Below are positions 50,651 through 62,229 of a stretch of DNA of 64,000 bases, in pieces. This DNA is from Laetmonice hystrix. Taxonomy: Eukaryota. Under the pieces are notes generated by a model. That model did not search any database and was not told where the DNA came from. It saw nothing but the letters and a program-made list of their open reading frames with translations. Numbering within the stretch: position 1 is the first letter of the stretch; each line of letters starts with the position of its first letter. The position numbers and the translations under genes are program-made. The stretch lies in assembly GCA_965235115.1 (NCBI GenBank), contig OZ249440.1, forward strand, positions 9,238,001-9,302,000. The letters run 5' to 3'.

Positions 50651-51188
50651 GCCCCGTCCTTTTATAGAGTACAAGTATTTCCAGAGGCCCCTCTCACTAT
50701 ACTTCTTACTGTCCTATCAGAATAATCGGAGTCAAACGTTTTTGTGACTATCAGCATGTAGCAGTGTTGTTGTCGGTCGCAGTGCTGTGATTGCGGTAAT
50801 ATCAGTTGTGTTGTGTTGTCAGTGATGGCCGGGTATAAACAGAACCAAGTTGATGGGACGTCGAAGACAGTCTCTACCGACAGTCATGTAGAGAAAAGAA
50901 AGAAAATATCATTGATAACAAACAACTAGTTATGGAGAAGGAGGAGGCATGTACTCCTCATCTTAGATTTCTGCCTCATCTCCCCCGCAGATCATGGAAA
51001 CATGACTGACGAAGTCCAAGTGGGGCGGTTTATAACACCTGAGGTTATTGGCACTGCTGACATGGCCAGCTCGTGGATTCTGTGACGGTGATGTGAGGAG
51101 TTTAATATACCATTGTTGTCGGGGTACTGGGGGTGGACAGGGAGAGAGAGAGAGTTGAATGGATCGGGCAGGTAGTCTGATCCAGGCC

Positions 51189-51538
51189 GATACCGTATGA
51201 TGTGACCGTTGATACCGTATGATGTGACCGTCGATACTCTATGATGTGACCGTCGATACTGTATGATGTGACCGTCGATACTGTATGATGTGACCGTCGA
51301 TACTGTATGTGACCGTCGATACCGTATGATGTGACCGTCGATACCGTATGATGTGACCGTCGATACCGTATGATGTGACCGTCGATACCGTTTGATGTGA
51401 CCGTCGATACCGTATGATGTGACCGTCGATACCGTATGATGTGACCGTCGATACCGTTTGATGTGACCGTCGATACCGTATGATGTGACCGTTGATACCG
51501 TATGATGTGACCGTCGATACCGTATGATGTGACCGTCC
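51189..51538. repeat. 22-bp minisatellite (GATACCGTATGATGTGACCGTC), ~16 copies
   Basis: Directly visible, with one shortened unit near 51300. Confidence 0.97.
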
Positions 51539-51639
51539 ACCATGGACGGGTGGCGAGTGGAGGAGGGTGTTGAGGGAGCAGCTAACATCGACCGGACAGC
51601 AGATGGCTGACCATAGATGTTTTATTATTTATAATAGGA

Positions 51640-54600
51640 AGATGAATGTGGACATGTGTACCTTTTAAAATGTCGACGGCTCGGCCAGCGATAGTGAAGA
51701 TGATGTTGGCGGATCGTAGGGATGATGTGACGGACACAGAGATGGTGTGCATACTACTTGTTAAGGTAGTATGTGCTGCACTTCTGCCGGAAGTTGCATG
51801 TAGGCGCCGATATTTATATTTGGGCAGGAAGGGGTGTGGATATTTAGTTTCAAGATCCTGTTGGTCCGTGAATGGGAAATGTTTGAACATTTATAAAACG
51901 GCATCAGTTTACATATCGTATGGTGGAGAACTATAAGGTAATTCAGCTTGAAATGCTGGAAGGTGGATTATATATAGGTGAATCTGACTCTCTTAATCTC
52001 TTCCTGATAATTGAAGCTATTCTGGTGGACATTATCAACAATACTGGAAAGTAGATTGAAACCTACAACACGGATACTAAATCAGGCTTCATTCGCAATT
52101 GAAGTCGAAGTTAATTTTCTTTAGAAGAGGGGGGGGGGGGGGTTGTATCCTAATTTAGTCGACATTGTGTGCCTGATGTTACTACCATAAGAATATGATT
52201 GATGTTGGCGCCGGCAAGCTCAGTTGAAATGGAGTGAAACCATACGTGGTAGTGTATTATCGTATCATATCATACGTTTTTTTTTCTTCTTTTTTTTTAT
52301 ACCGAGAAATGAATCGTAAAGAGACGGTGGGCTTTAAGTAGACCATTGCTGATCCGCCCATCTGCTGCAGCCGGCCCGGCCCCGACCGGCCTCAGAATAA
52401 GGTATTAATATAATTGAATTGGGTAAGAAATTGGATCCATAGTAAAGACTAGGGCAGCAGTTGATCTGGTGATGGGATGAGGGGCTTTGTTACTAGTACA
52501 CCGTCAAAGCATTTTTCTTCTCTTTCTCCGGCGGAGCGGTTTCAGCTGCCGTATAGTAACCATGTGGGTAGTTCTCATTGGCGACTGGCATGAAAGGGAC
52601 TTGACTTAGGTTGGCTGTGGTACGTGGGATTGTGATAGCACTGTCCGGTTTCTGAGGCTGGTTCAAACCAACGGATCTGTAGATTAAAAACAATCAGGCA
52701 AAATTTACTCCCTCAATCCGATCATCCCCCACTCCCACCCCCATCACCATCCTATAAATATTGGCAGGGGTGGTTCTCAGGGGTATTACCTATCCCCTTT
52801 TCCACATGAAATCCGTACTTAATTATATTATTTAATTGAGCTGGCTCACACAGTGCGTTTTAATACCCTGCCGACGAATTTCATACGGAATATATTGTTG
52901 TGTTGGCATGTCGGCCGATTAGGTTTCCAATCTGCCTGCATTAGGTCGTCTTCCTGTCCGGCAGTGACGCCAATCAGTGCGACTTAAAGCGCCCGATTAC
53001 TCGCTACGTTTGCACCTTACTGATAGCAGAGCCCAATTGATGTGTTGGAGCTGGTGACCATATTCCCATTAACTTGAAGAGCAGCATTCATAGAATGGGT
53101 AATCCCCAAAATGGTGATGAAAATCAATTCTTGATCCAATTTAAACGTTTGCATTCGACAACAAGGAGCAAAAAGGCTGGTTGGGAATCTGGGGGATGAG
53201 GCCGGTGAACGCGCGGCATTTTTTCTGTTGGTGCTGCTTCTTCTTTTCCCCCTCTTAAATTGGTTTTATGAATTGTCACATAATACTGGTTCGTTCAGGC
53301 TAGCATTAAATCTACTGAATCTGAAAGTAGAGCTGGAACCCAACCAGCAAATCTCCCAAACTATGAATATTAATTTTGTAGATTATGCGAAAGATTTTTT
53401 AAAGATTATACTGAAAGCTTATAGAGAGAGAACGGCGCAGAAAGCCGTGTAATAAATCGTGTCCCAGACTAATATTGTAATAGATCAGGCGTAAGCTGAC
53501 CTACTTTTGGTGTGTGAGGAGTGCGAGAAGTTTGAGTGAGGAGTTTGAGGAGTTTGAGGTTACTAAGGATGATCCACCAAATTAAAGGCAATGATGCTGC
53601 AGAGACTTAACACAAAGCTCAACTTGAGACGAGCTCAGAATTGACTGATGTTTACTGATGTACAAACAAGGGACAGTTGTGCGTGTCTCCCGCAGTAAAT
53701 TAGCTTATATAATCATGTTAATTGGTTGGTGCTTTGGCTTACAGGATCAGGTGAGCCCGCCGGGCCGCTTTTCTTCACCACCATGGCCTCTTTCTAGAGT
53801 CCATTAATTACATTATCTGTGCTGTGGTGGAAGCTAGGCTTTCAGCGCCTGGACTGATGAAGTCGTCAACACAAATGAATATCTCTCCACGATAGGACTA
53901 CCGTACTGGTATCTGATGGCTACGGCCACTGGACAGTAGGGAGGGGGGGTGAGAAAACTGAGCACAAGACAATGGTGGGCTGAAGGAAGCAGGGAACCAG
54001 CTATTCCTTGGTGAGGAGAGAAAGAAGGGCTCCATACGACGTAAATCAGTTACCCCACCCCCTCCTCTTCCAACCTACCTCCCCCCTGGAGCCGACTGAG
54101 TCAGTGGCTATCGGGAGAAATTTCCCCAAGGGGTACTACGGGTAGAGGTAATTCTTGATTCAGTTGGCGCGTAATGCCACCATGATTATCTTTGTGTATG
54201 TGCCAGTGATGGTTGGGGCCGAGATGGAAATATGATTAAGTCCGGTCCCTGCCTCATCCACCTTGTAGTACCCCCAGGGGGGGACGTCGCCGGCAAGAGG
54301 CCGTCGTAACCATTGCTGCCTGCTTCTGTTAATTAATGACGTTGATGATTTCAGCGAGTAGAGGACTTACATAAGGCCAATCAGCCAGGGAAGGAGCCAC
54401 TTGCATGGGGACCAGCACACTGCTACACCCGCATCAGTCCATGTAAGCCACATTGATAGTGTAATCTTTGGTCCGGCTGTAGACCTAATCCCTATAGTTG
54501 GCCCTGTCGGATGCTAAGCTCAGGCGAGAGCCACCAAAAGCCTGACTCTGCCCCCTGCCCTGCAGTGGCAATATTGAATTTATTGTCGGCAGCGGCTTTT

Positions 54601-55870
54601 TGTAACTGATTCTAGGAGCAACTCGCCCATTTCCACGAATCAAAATGCCAGGTTTGCCTCGCAGCGGAGCGGTTATTCGGCGGCACTTTTAACAAAGAGG
54701 GCTGGTGTTGGGGAAAGTGTTGGAAAGGAACAAATGACAATTCAAACGAATATTTTAGTATTGGGACGAGGAGCTGCGGTTTGCCACGCCGAACGGCAGG
54801 AATATAACTAGTCTGCTGGAATCCTATAATGGGGTCTGCAGGACCAATGGAGACAATATATGATCACTATGGTGTTGAGTAGCTGGGGCAGCCCAGCCAG
54901 GACATGTCATCATTGTAGGGATGTTCGGTCCAGAGAAATCGACCTCACTACTCGTTCCCAGGGTATTAGCGGGACATTGCATGCTGTTGTACATCTTAGA
55001 CTACGAATGGCAACGGGCGATTGCAGTGAGATCTCTCTATGTCTGTTGGCATTTTTTTCTGTTTCTCTCTCTCTCTCTAAGCCTGTCTCTGTCTCTCTCA
55101 GCAGAAAAAAATAATAGAGAATGGAGCGTTTGGTAGTCCTCACATCACGCTCCTTCATATCATGAGGATTGGTCTGTCTCCTTATTTTTGATTTTTCGGG
55201 GGGGGGGGGGGGGAGCTGGCGCTATGCTGCCGGCGGTTAGCGGTGCGTGTCAGACTCAGTACATGAGGGATGGTCTGTGATGAAAGTGGTGATGACAACT
55301 CACTGATCACAAGTCTGTCAGTCCTGACATACGGCAGCCTGATCAATCAAGCCAGCCACACCCCCATCGGGCTGACAACAAGGAAGCTAAATAAATGACG
55401 ACAGCTTAGCTGAGCAAATGACACCTAAAAAAAGCGTAATTGGTGAAGGTGATGAAATGATACTGATGTTAATCCACGTCCGCCTGACCTGTTCTAGATG
55501 AGGGCTGATCCTCTGAGATCTGTTCTATTAGCAAGAACGCAATCCCGACTTGGGCAAAGTTTTCTTGTAGAGAGCTGCCGGTAAGGAAGTTTGCTGTCAT
55601 TGTCTTTCTACCTCAAAGTCATTGAAGGCGTCCGAATAGAATCTCTTCTGTCATTGTGTACGCTCCTTCAAAGGCTTGTTGTGTTTGAGTTGTCGCTGCT
55701 GTTTATTATGTCAAACCTTGATGTGCGACAATATGAGACACTCTACAAAAATGTGAGTAGGAGTTTTATGCTGTTGATGTTGATGTCAACTGTAATATCA
55801 AAAAGCTTTTCTTTTTTCTTTCTTTTTTTCAATGAGAAAGTTGAAGTGGAGGAGCGACGGGTAGACTGAG
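51640..55870 (+). mobile_element. Decayed near-full-length Ngaro-type element (gag > RT > RNase H > YR)
   Basis: gag-like DRRDDVTDTEMVCILLVKVVCAALLPEVA..YL..WSV (51646 ORF), AKFTPSIRSSP (~52700; cf. LPFGxRSSP), LNWFYELSHNTGSF (53228 ORF), SLCLLAFFS (54860 ORF; YR box I), SNLDVRQY..VSRSF (55591 ORF; box II region). Confidence 0.45.
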
Positions 55871-56322
55871 GGTTATACAGCATGGTGGTGGCAGTGCTGG
55901 CGGGGCCGGGTGGTGGCCTGGTGGTGCCCCACCACCACCGCCGACACCAGAACCACCTCCACCATATGCCGCATGATAAACCAGCTCCTTTAGAGAGAAA
56001 AATGATGATGGATCAGCTTTAAAAAAATCTCTTTATGGCATGATAAGTTCTGTGAAAGATCAGGTTGAGACTAAAAAGTCGGATGCTTGTCGATAATCTA
56101 GATCGGATCAAGAATGGGACTCGGAAGCAAACAGAAAAAAACGTGGGGGGAGGAGGAGGGAGAGGGAGGAGGAGGAAGGGAGAGGGAGGAGGAGGAAGGA
56201 GGAGAGGTCGAGCACTGACTACCTCGGGGCCTTGGCTAGGTCAGTGATGGATGGTAAGGAGCCGGTTGGTCATGGTGCAATGATCTCTGAATCAACTCTC
56301 AGGCACAACTCTTAAAGTCACC

Positions 56323-56429
56323 GGCCCTCGGAGACAGCCCCCAGGTTTCAGACAGCCAACGTCAGTCCGGCCTGGCCCTCGGAGACAGCCCCCAGGTTTC
56401 AGACAGCCAACGTCAGTCCGGCCTGGCCC
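56323..56429. repeat. 51-bp direct tandem duplication
   Basis: GGCCCTCGGAGACAGCCCCCAGGTTTCAGACAGCCAACGTCAGTCCGGCCT occurs at 56323 and 56374. Confidence 0.95.
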
Positions 56430-56526
56430 ATAAACACGGAGAAAAAATCTGGGCTCTGGGGTTGTGAAAACCTTGATGGATAATGTGCGAGTCGTGTATG
56501 AAAATGGCCAGAGTGTCGGACCTGGG

Positions 56527-56793
56527 ACACCGCTGACTACCCCCACCCCCACACACCCCTGACTACCCCCACCCCCACACACCGCTGACTACCCCCACCC
56601 CCACACACCGCTGACTCCCCCCACCCCTACACACCCCTGACTACCCCCACCCCCACACACCGCTGACTCCCCCCACCCCTACACACCCCTGACTACCCCC
56701 ACCCCCACACACCCCTGACTACCCCCACCCCTACACACCCCTGACTACCCCCACCCCTACACACCCCTGACTACCCCCACCCCCACACACCCC
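56527..56793. repeat. C-rich ~26-bp minisatellite (CC(G/C)CTGACTACCCCCACCCC(C/T)ACACA), ~10 copies
   Basis: Directly visible. It has G4-G5 runs on the minus strand. Confidence 0.95.
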
Positions 56794-57099
56794 GGGCTCC
56801 GTCACTTATCCATTGAATGGTCAGTGTGGACGGCGGGCATTAAGACGAAGACCACAAGTCCCGCCGGTACACACGGCTACCACGGTGATGGATCAGCCCC
56901 CAGAATTATATAGACATTGTCGCTGTCAACAAGCCTCTCGCCATTGTGATGGGGGGTCGTAGCAGCGGCGATGACAGTCAAAAGACAGCACTCGCATCAC
57001 AATGACATGGGCAGCCCAAGCAAACCCCCACCCCTCCCCTCCCCCAGCTCGGAACTGGAGCCTGCTTCTAAAACACAACAGCCAAGCCGGCAGCAAGGG

Positions 57100-58550
57100 G
57101 CCCAAGATACGAGGCGTGCTCTGCCGCTATATACAGACTGCTGTTGATGTAACATGGCATCGTATTGCATGCTAGATTTACTACTCTCTACACTGCTTGC
57201 ATAAACGTCTCTTCTCGCGTTTAGGTGTATCAGTAATATTGAACACAGCTCCTATCTTGTTTCATATTACACGGGTACAATACCCTCCCAAGTATTATAA
57301 ACCTATATTTCGCAATCACGGATATAATATTTAGTGTCAAGCAGTCTTTTTTGCATGGCGTGTGGATTAATATTGGACTGCCAATATCCGCCAGTCAGTG
57401 ATAAGGATAAGGTAGCCATAGGACGGTGTCCACTATCTGTCCACAGCAGCCATGGCGAGCAAGATAGAACTTCATCTTGACGGTATTTCTCACGGTACAG
57501 AACCTGTCAGAGGATCTTTAATCATTTCCTCAAGGTTCGCACATAGGATATTGCTTTCACCCGCCCTGAGTAGTGTAGGAAAATGGGGCAATAGTGGCAC
57601 GGTGAGGCGTAAGTAGTCTAGTGAAAGTAGACTTTGTGGGCATGAATCATTACACAGTATGCTGATCAGGTCTTCATCAATGTTCAAAATGTTTTCAAAT
57701 CATTTGGAATATGAAGCTAGTTTGCCAGGTAAACATACATGTGAAGTGTGATCATTTGAATCGATGAAGTGTATTTATTAGTCACTCCACCAGTCTGGCG
57801 TACGTCGAGATGAAAGCGACATGAAGGAGGAGTATTGTACCTTGATGTAGGTCATACACACATAGAGATTCCGCGGTGAGCCGTGAAAGTTCTCAGTGAA
57901 GCGGGTTCTCTAGTTGTGGCCCAGGTTCTTTCTCCTCTGGCTTCCCTCCTGGGCCATCATAGAAAATATGCCACAAAAGCTATATCTTTGGGGCTCCCGT
58001 TGTTTTGAGGGGGGGGGGGGCACAGGACTAACCACAGAGAGACGCCGATGGGTGACGGGGAGGGGCGGGCGCCGGTTAAGGTTAGTTGTAGTGGCGGTGA
58101 ACCGTCTAGCAGTGACGCAATGTTAGCCGATGGAGAGTTAATGCAGCCCCTCTCTGTGCCACTGCTTCATGTCATTGCGCACCAGATGTATGGGTTGTTG
58201 ACACCTGACTGGTGCTGAGTTGATGGGAAAGTTTGAGGATGGAAGGCGAGGAGCCGACGTGTTGGAGGGGAATGGGGCGACTTGAGCCTGTGTGACCTGT
58301 GACTGTGGTTGAGTAGGATGACATGGAGCCAAGCCCACCCGACTATAGACGGCTGTTTGAAGTGTACACCACTGCCCGCGCCCACCATTGAAACTCCGCT
58401 CAAGTGCTCCAGGATGCAAACATCGATTGGACATGAATATATAATAGATGCGATGAACAATAGCCACTGGCAAGCTATCCCCAGGCATACCCCCCGCCAT
58501 CGTCCATTTCCCACCCCCTCCATACGTACATGTCCTCCTATACATATGAC
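57100..58550 (-). mobile_element. Ngaro-type relic (gag > RT)
   Basis: IVHRIYYIFMSNRCLHPGAL..GGRGQW (58138 ORF; gag), NIDEDL..SLLSLDY..LLRAGESNIL (57490 ORF), WLLWTDSGHRPMA and QYY*Y further downstream. Confidence 0.4.
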
Positions 58551-59649
58551 CACTGCAAGGGTGCTAAAACCACTCAGGGATTCGCTTGCTGTATGGCCAC
58601 TTATAGAACCGGGGGTTCCCCCCTTCTGTGGATGTGGTCGAACACAAACATGCCGTTATAGTGATGCTTGAAGAATAGACGGTGCCATAGCGCCGAGTGC
58701 CCTTGGTCGGGAACGCTGAGTGGTTACCATAGCACCTCGTCACCACACGTCGAGTGTTCTTCAGTCAATATAGCAGTCACTGACGCTGGGAACACGAGAA
58801 AACGACCACAGAACGTGTGTATAATAAGGTCCGGGTTAGCAGGTCCCAGCGCACGTACGCATGGGTACACGCACACGCACGCACGCATGCATGAACCCGC
58901 ATGTACACGCACTCAGACACGCACCCACGTATTATAGGTTATTCACGAGAAGATTGGGCTCGGCTGAAGGGGGGTCGACGTTCTGTTGGGCGTTTACGAG
59001 GCATTACTGGGATCGGAGAGGAAGTAACGCTGTCTGCACTTTTATCGTCATCGATTAAGGCCCCAACTCCGTTACAGCCCCCAAGGCAGCGCATCTGACT
59101 TCCATTGTAAAGTCCTCACAATTCACCGCTACATTCACGCTCACGGGTTTCCTTTTTACAGGCGTGTCCTTCCTTGTGATGTGAGGCAATTGCAAAACAC
59201 AATCGGCTTTTCAGATGGTTTCCTTAGAAAAGTGTTATTTTTACAGTCCTGGAGCCAGGAGGCAAAGTGGCCCAGTAGTACACATTACTGGGAGCCTCTA
59301 CTTGGATAGCGACGTTAAGATCTGTTATTTTCTGGGTGTGTGTGTTTGTTACGTCTTAGTTTAGACAGGATCTATGTATTATTAATTCGGGGTTCTATTT
59401 TTGGAGTACCTTTAAAATCTTGTCAGACATTGCCTGGGCTGTAGCATGACGACTTTGCTTGCTTACAAGGTTAATGAAGGTAGGACTATTGAGTGGAAGG
59501 CTTGTAATTGTAAAAGATAAAAACCTGCCACCGTGTCTGCAGCAGTTAATGTGGAAAACAAGATGGGAACGGATACGATCTGGGCTAAATTGTCACACGA
59601 TGAAAGCATAGAGTTGCTGTTAATAAGCCTCTTCATTTACTGGCTAGGA

Positions 59650-60450
59650 AAGCGAGCCGAATCAGCTGTATATTGCCTTGGCAGATATTGGACCAGATAA
59701 AGATGTGGGTAGGCGATAGGCTGTAGCAGCAGGGAGAGGCTTTGTATTGGCGGGGCCGCCTCCCGGTCTGTTATCTGCAATCAACAGTCGGCAATGTACA
59801 CCATCTACTGCCTGTGGCCCACATCCCATATTGTGGCTACCTGAAAGCCTGACCCACATTTTTAGGCAGAGAGGGGAAGGGAACTACGGGTGCCTGCAGT
59901 CGACTCCTCTAGGTGCCCGTCAAGGGTTCACCTCAAGGATGTCGTGTCGTAGGGCCTGATTAATTATGCTGTATGATTAATATTGCGACTTGTTAATGAG
60001 GTGAACGACAGGGAGGGGTTAGGAGGGGAAGGGGGAGGGGGTATGGTGTTATTGTTCAGTACGGTAACAGACATCAGGAGTGGCGGACAAATAGATTGAT
60101 CATTTTGTTACGGGCTCTCCAACTACCTAAAAAGGGTCGAGGTGATGTTGCACAGGTGGCCAAAGCCAAGGGCATGGCAGGCCAGAGGGCTAGCCACATG
60201 CATGCATGCAGTTTGCCACATACATAATTGAGTGTGCCTTACTGCAGGCTCTTTGATATTGATGGATCCCAGGTTCAAACTCGGGTGACCCCTTTGCTGA
60301 GTCACATGGACGTTCGAGCGGACATAGGTCAGTCCGGTGACCACGCATGCTATTTTCACACTACCTTTATAACTAACACCAGTTTATTACATATAGGCAC
60401 CGCCTGTAAACTGGTGCAGGTACTGGCCGTTTTTTGACATGTTAAGAGTG
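59650..60450 (+). mobile_element. YR retrotransposon RT N-terminal relic
   Basis: MAGPPP..QSTPLG (59747 ORF; cf. AGPF..SPLG) and SVPYCRLFDIDG..LLSHMDVRA (60228 ORF; cf. SVxY..FDDA..LLAKxDI). Confidence 0.4.
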
Positions 60451-61009
60451 GATTTATAAGTGCAGCCAGCAGGACCAGTGAAATAATTGAGGCTGCATAC
60501 TTTATTTTGAACGAGGAGGAATTTTTACGTGAAGCTGCCCATCAGAGGCGGTAAGAGAAAGAATAAAGCAGAATAAAAGGCCTGTGATGATGTTTATTGT
60601 ATCATCATTGACTTTACTGAAGTACTTGACTGAAGTCGGTGCCGCAGCATGTCAGTAGTGGAAGTCGTTCATGAACGACAGGCCTCAATGTTAGAGCAAG
60701 CGCCTGCCAGGTCTAGTTATAATACATGTCAGCGTGGGAAATGTATGGCGTTTGCGAGATGAGAAACGGGCAGAAAGCTCATTTGTCATGGCATGTGTTG
60801 GGGTTATCTTAAAGGCAATGGATCAAGTCGATCCACAGCCGTACGAACGCCTTCTCCAGAATGGCTGTATCAAGTTTTAGTTTTTACCATTTTGACTTAA
60901 TGTTTTGGACCTCGATTTTCTATTAATCAGATGGTCTAGCCTTAACATTGTGTTTTCATACCATATTGTATTTACATCTTTCTGCCTATATTGTGAAAGT
61001 GTAGGGTTC

Positions 61010-61690
61010 AATGCAGAGGTCGTTGGTGTTGGGTGAGATTGGGAGGGGAGGGGCCGACAGTATTTGCGTGTCCTGTTTCCTCCCCACCCAACACATGCTA
61101 GAGGCTCGGTTGGCTCAAAGACAGCGCTCGTGTATGTGGACGACTTGTCAGTGGGTTGCAGATTTGGAAGTGCATGCCGCGCCCGCTTTATAGAGTTCAA
61201 AGGAATGATCCTTGGGCTAATGCATCAACTTGGGTCACCATCAATAATCCGGACTCGAGCCTCCTGCCGATTGGGCGGGCAATTATTTGAGCCGAGTGTA
61301 TGGAGCATGCATGGCTGGGACAGTGCACCGGGGCCGGCTTATCACCCGCCATCACATGTTGCGAGAAGTGATGTAACGCAATAACGTGGCTGCAGCTCGT
61401 ATTGTGACGTGTGGACGGGTACTGATGAATGGTTGGTCGGTGAGAGCCTGGGGTCTCAAGGCCCGAGGAGATCGCCACCGACCCCAGGCCTTACGAAAGT
61501 GGCCCCGGCCCATGTGTGGTTGGAACATTGAGCCTGCCGTTAGTCTATTCTCACATCAATCGTATCTCCGGGAATCCCCGATCATAGACCCATTGATTGG
61601 CAGACAAGGGGTGATTGGGGGCAGTATATGGCCCGGTGAACACAAGGGCTGGGAACTTGAATGGGGGGAGTGGAGGGGAGGGTTGGACGC
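61010..61690 (+). mobile_element. YR retrotransposon RT core > RNase H relic
   Basis: LVYVDDLSVGCRFGSAC..LGSP (61064 ORF; YxDD), AARIVTCGRVL..LRKWPRPMCGWNI..SLF..GGSIW..WELEW (61386 ORF; cf. VVxPGRxF..DLxWW..WNGxSxF..GxxF..W). Confidence 0.55.
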
Positions 61691-61933
61691 CACCCCCTGC
61701 ATCAGTAGTCGTGTTATGATGATCGGGCAGCAGCTGGAGAAAGAGAGAGAAAAGAGAAGATGAGAGAAGGGGGGTTAAACTGGTACATCGGCAATCAGGC
61801 GGGACAACAATGAGAGAGAGATGGAGCGAGCCCTTTTATTGGGAGTGGAGAGAGGATAAACAAGGCTAGGGTCTGTGCACACATGGATCTGTGGCCGACA
61901 TTACCTGGCTGTAATCTCAACCGTGTTGATAAC

Positions 61934-62209
61934 GGTACCATGATGGTACTGGCTGGGACAGCAGGTACCCGGTACCATGTTGGTACCGGCTGGGAGAGCA
62001 GGTACCCGGTACCATGTTGGTACCGGCTGTGAGAGCCGGTACCGGCTGTGAGAGCCGGTACCGGCTGGGAAGGCCGGTACCCGGTACCATGTTGGTACCG
62101 GCTGGGAGAGCCGGTACCATAATGGTACCGGCTGGGAGAGCCGGTACCCGGTACCATGTTGGTACCGGTTGGGAGAGCCGGTACCGTGATGGTACCGGCT
62201 GGGAGAGCC
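61934..62209. repeat. Modular GGTACC-rich minisatellite (19-bp GGTACCGGCTGGGAGAGCC and 18-bp GGTACCCGGTACCATGTT modules)
   Basis: About 19 GGTACC palindromes in 276 bp, with modules in irregular order. Confidence 0.95.
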
Positions 62210-62229
62210 AGTAGTAGTACTGGTCGGGG

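Noticed and set aside
53850-53920. Box C (TGATGA) and box D (CTGA) suggesting an intronic snoRNA
   Set aside because: There is no terminal stem and no rRNA complementarity that I could recognise.
52380-60000. TAAT/TTTATG-rich stretches suggesting a Hox-cluster or developmental enhancer landscape
   Set aside because: I found no homeobox (WFQNRR) exon and no miR-10-family hairpin. Many of these stretches fall inside decayed TE relics, and such short motifs are common by chance.
15554-60740. Su(H)/CSL sites CGTGGGAA at 15554, 38520 and 60733
   Set aside because: About two are expected by chance for an 8-mer in 64 kb on both strands, and they are unpaired and unclustered.
1706-62209. Tandem arrays as CRISPR arrays
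   Set aside because: The units are contiguous without unique spacers, there are no cas genes, and the context is eukaryotic.
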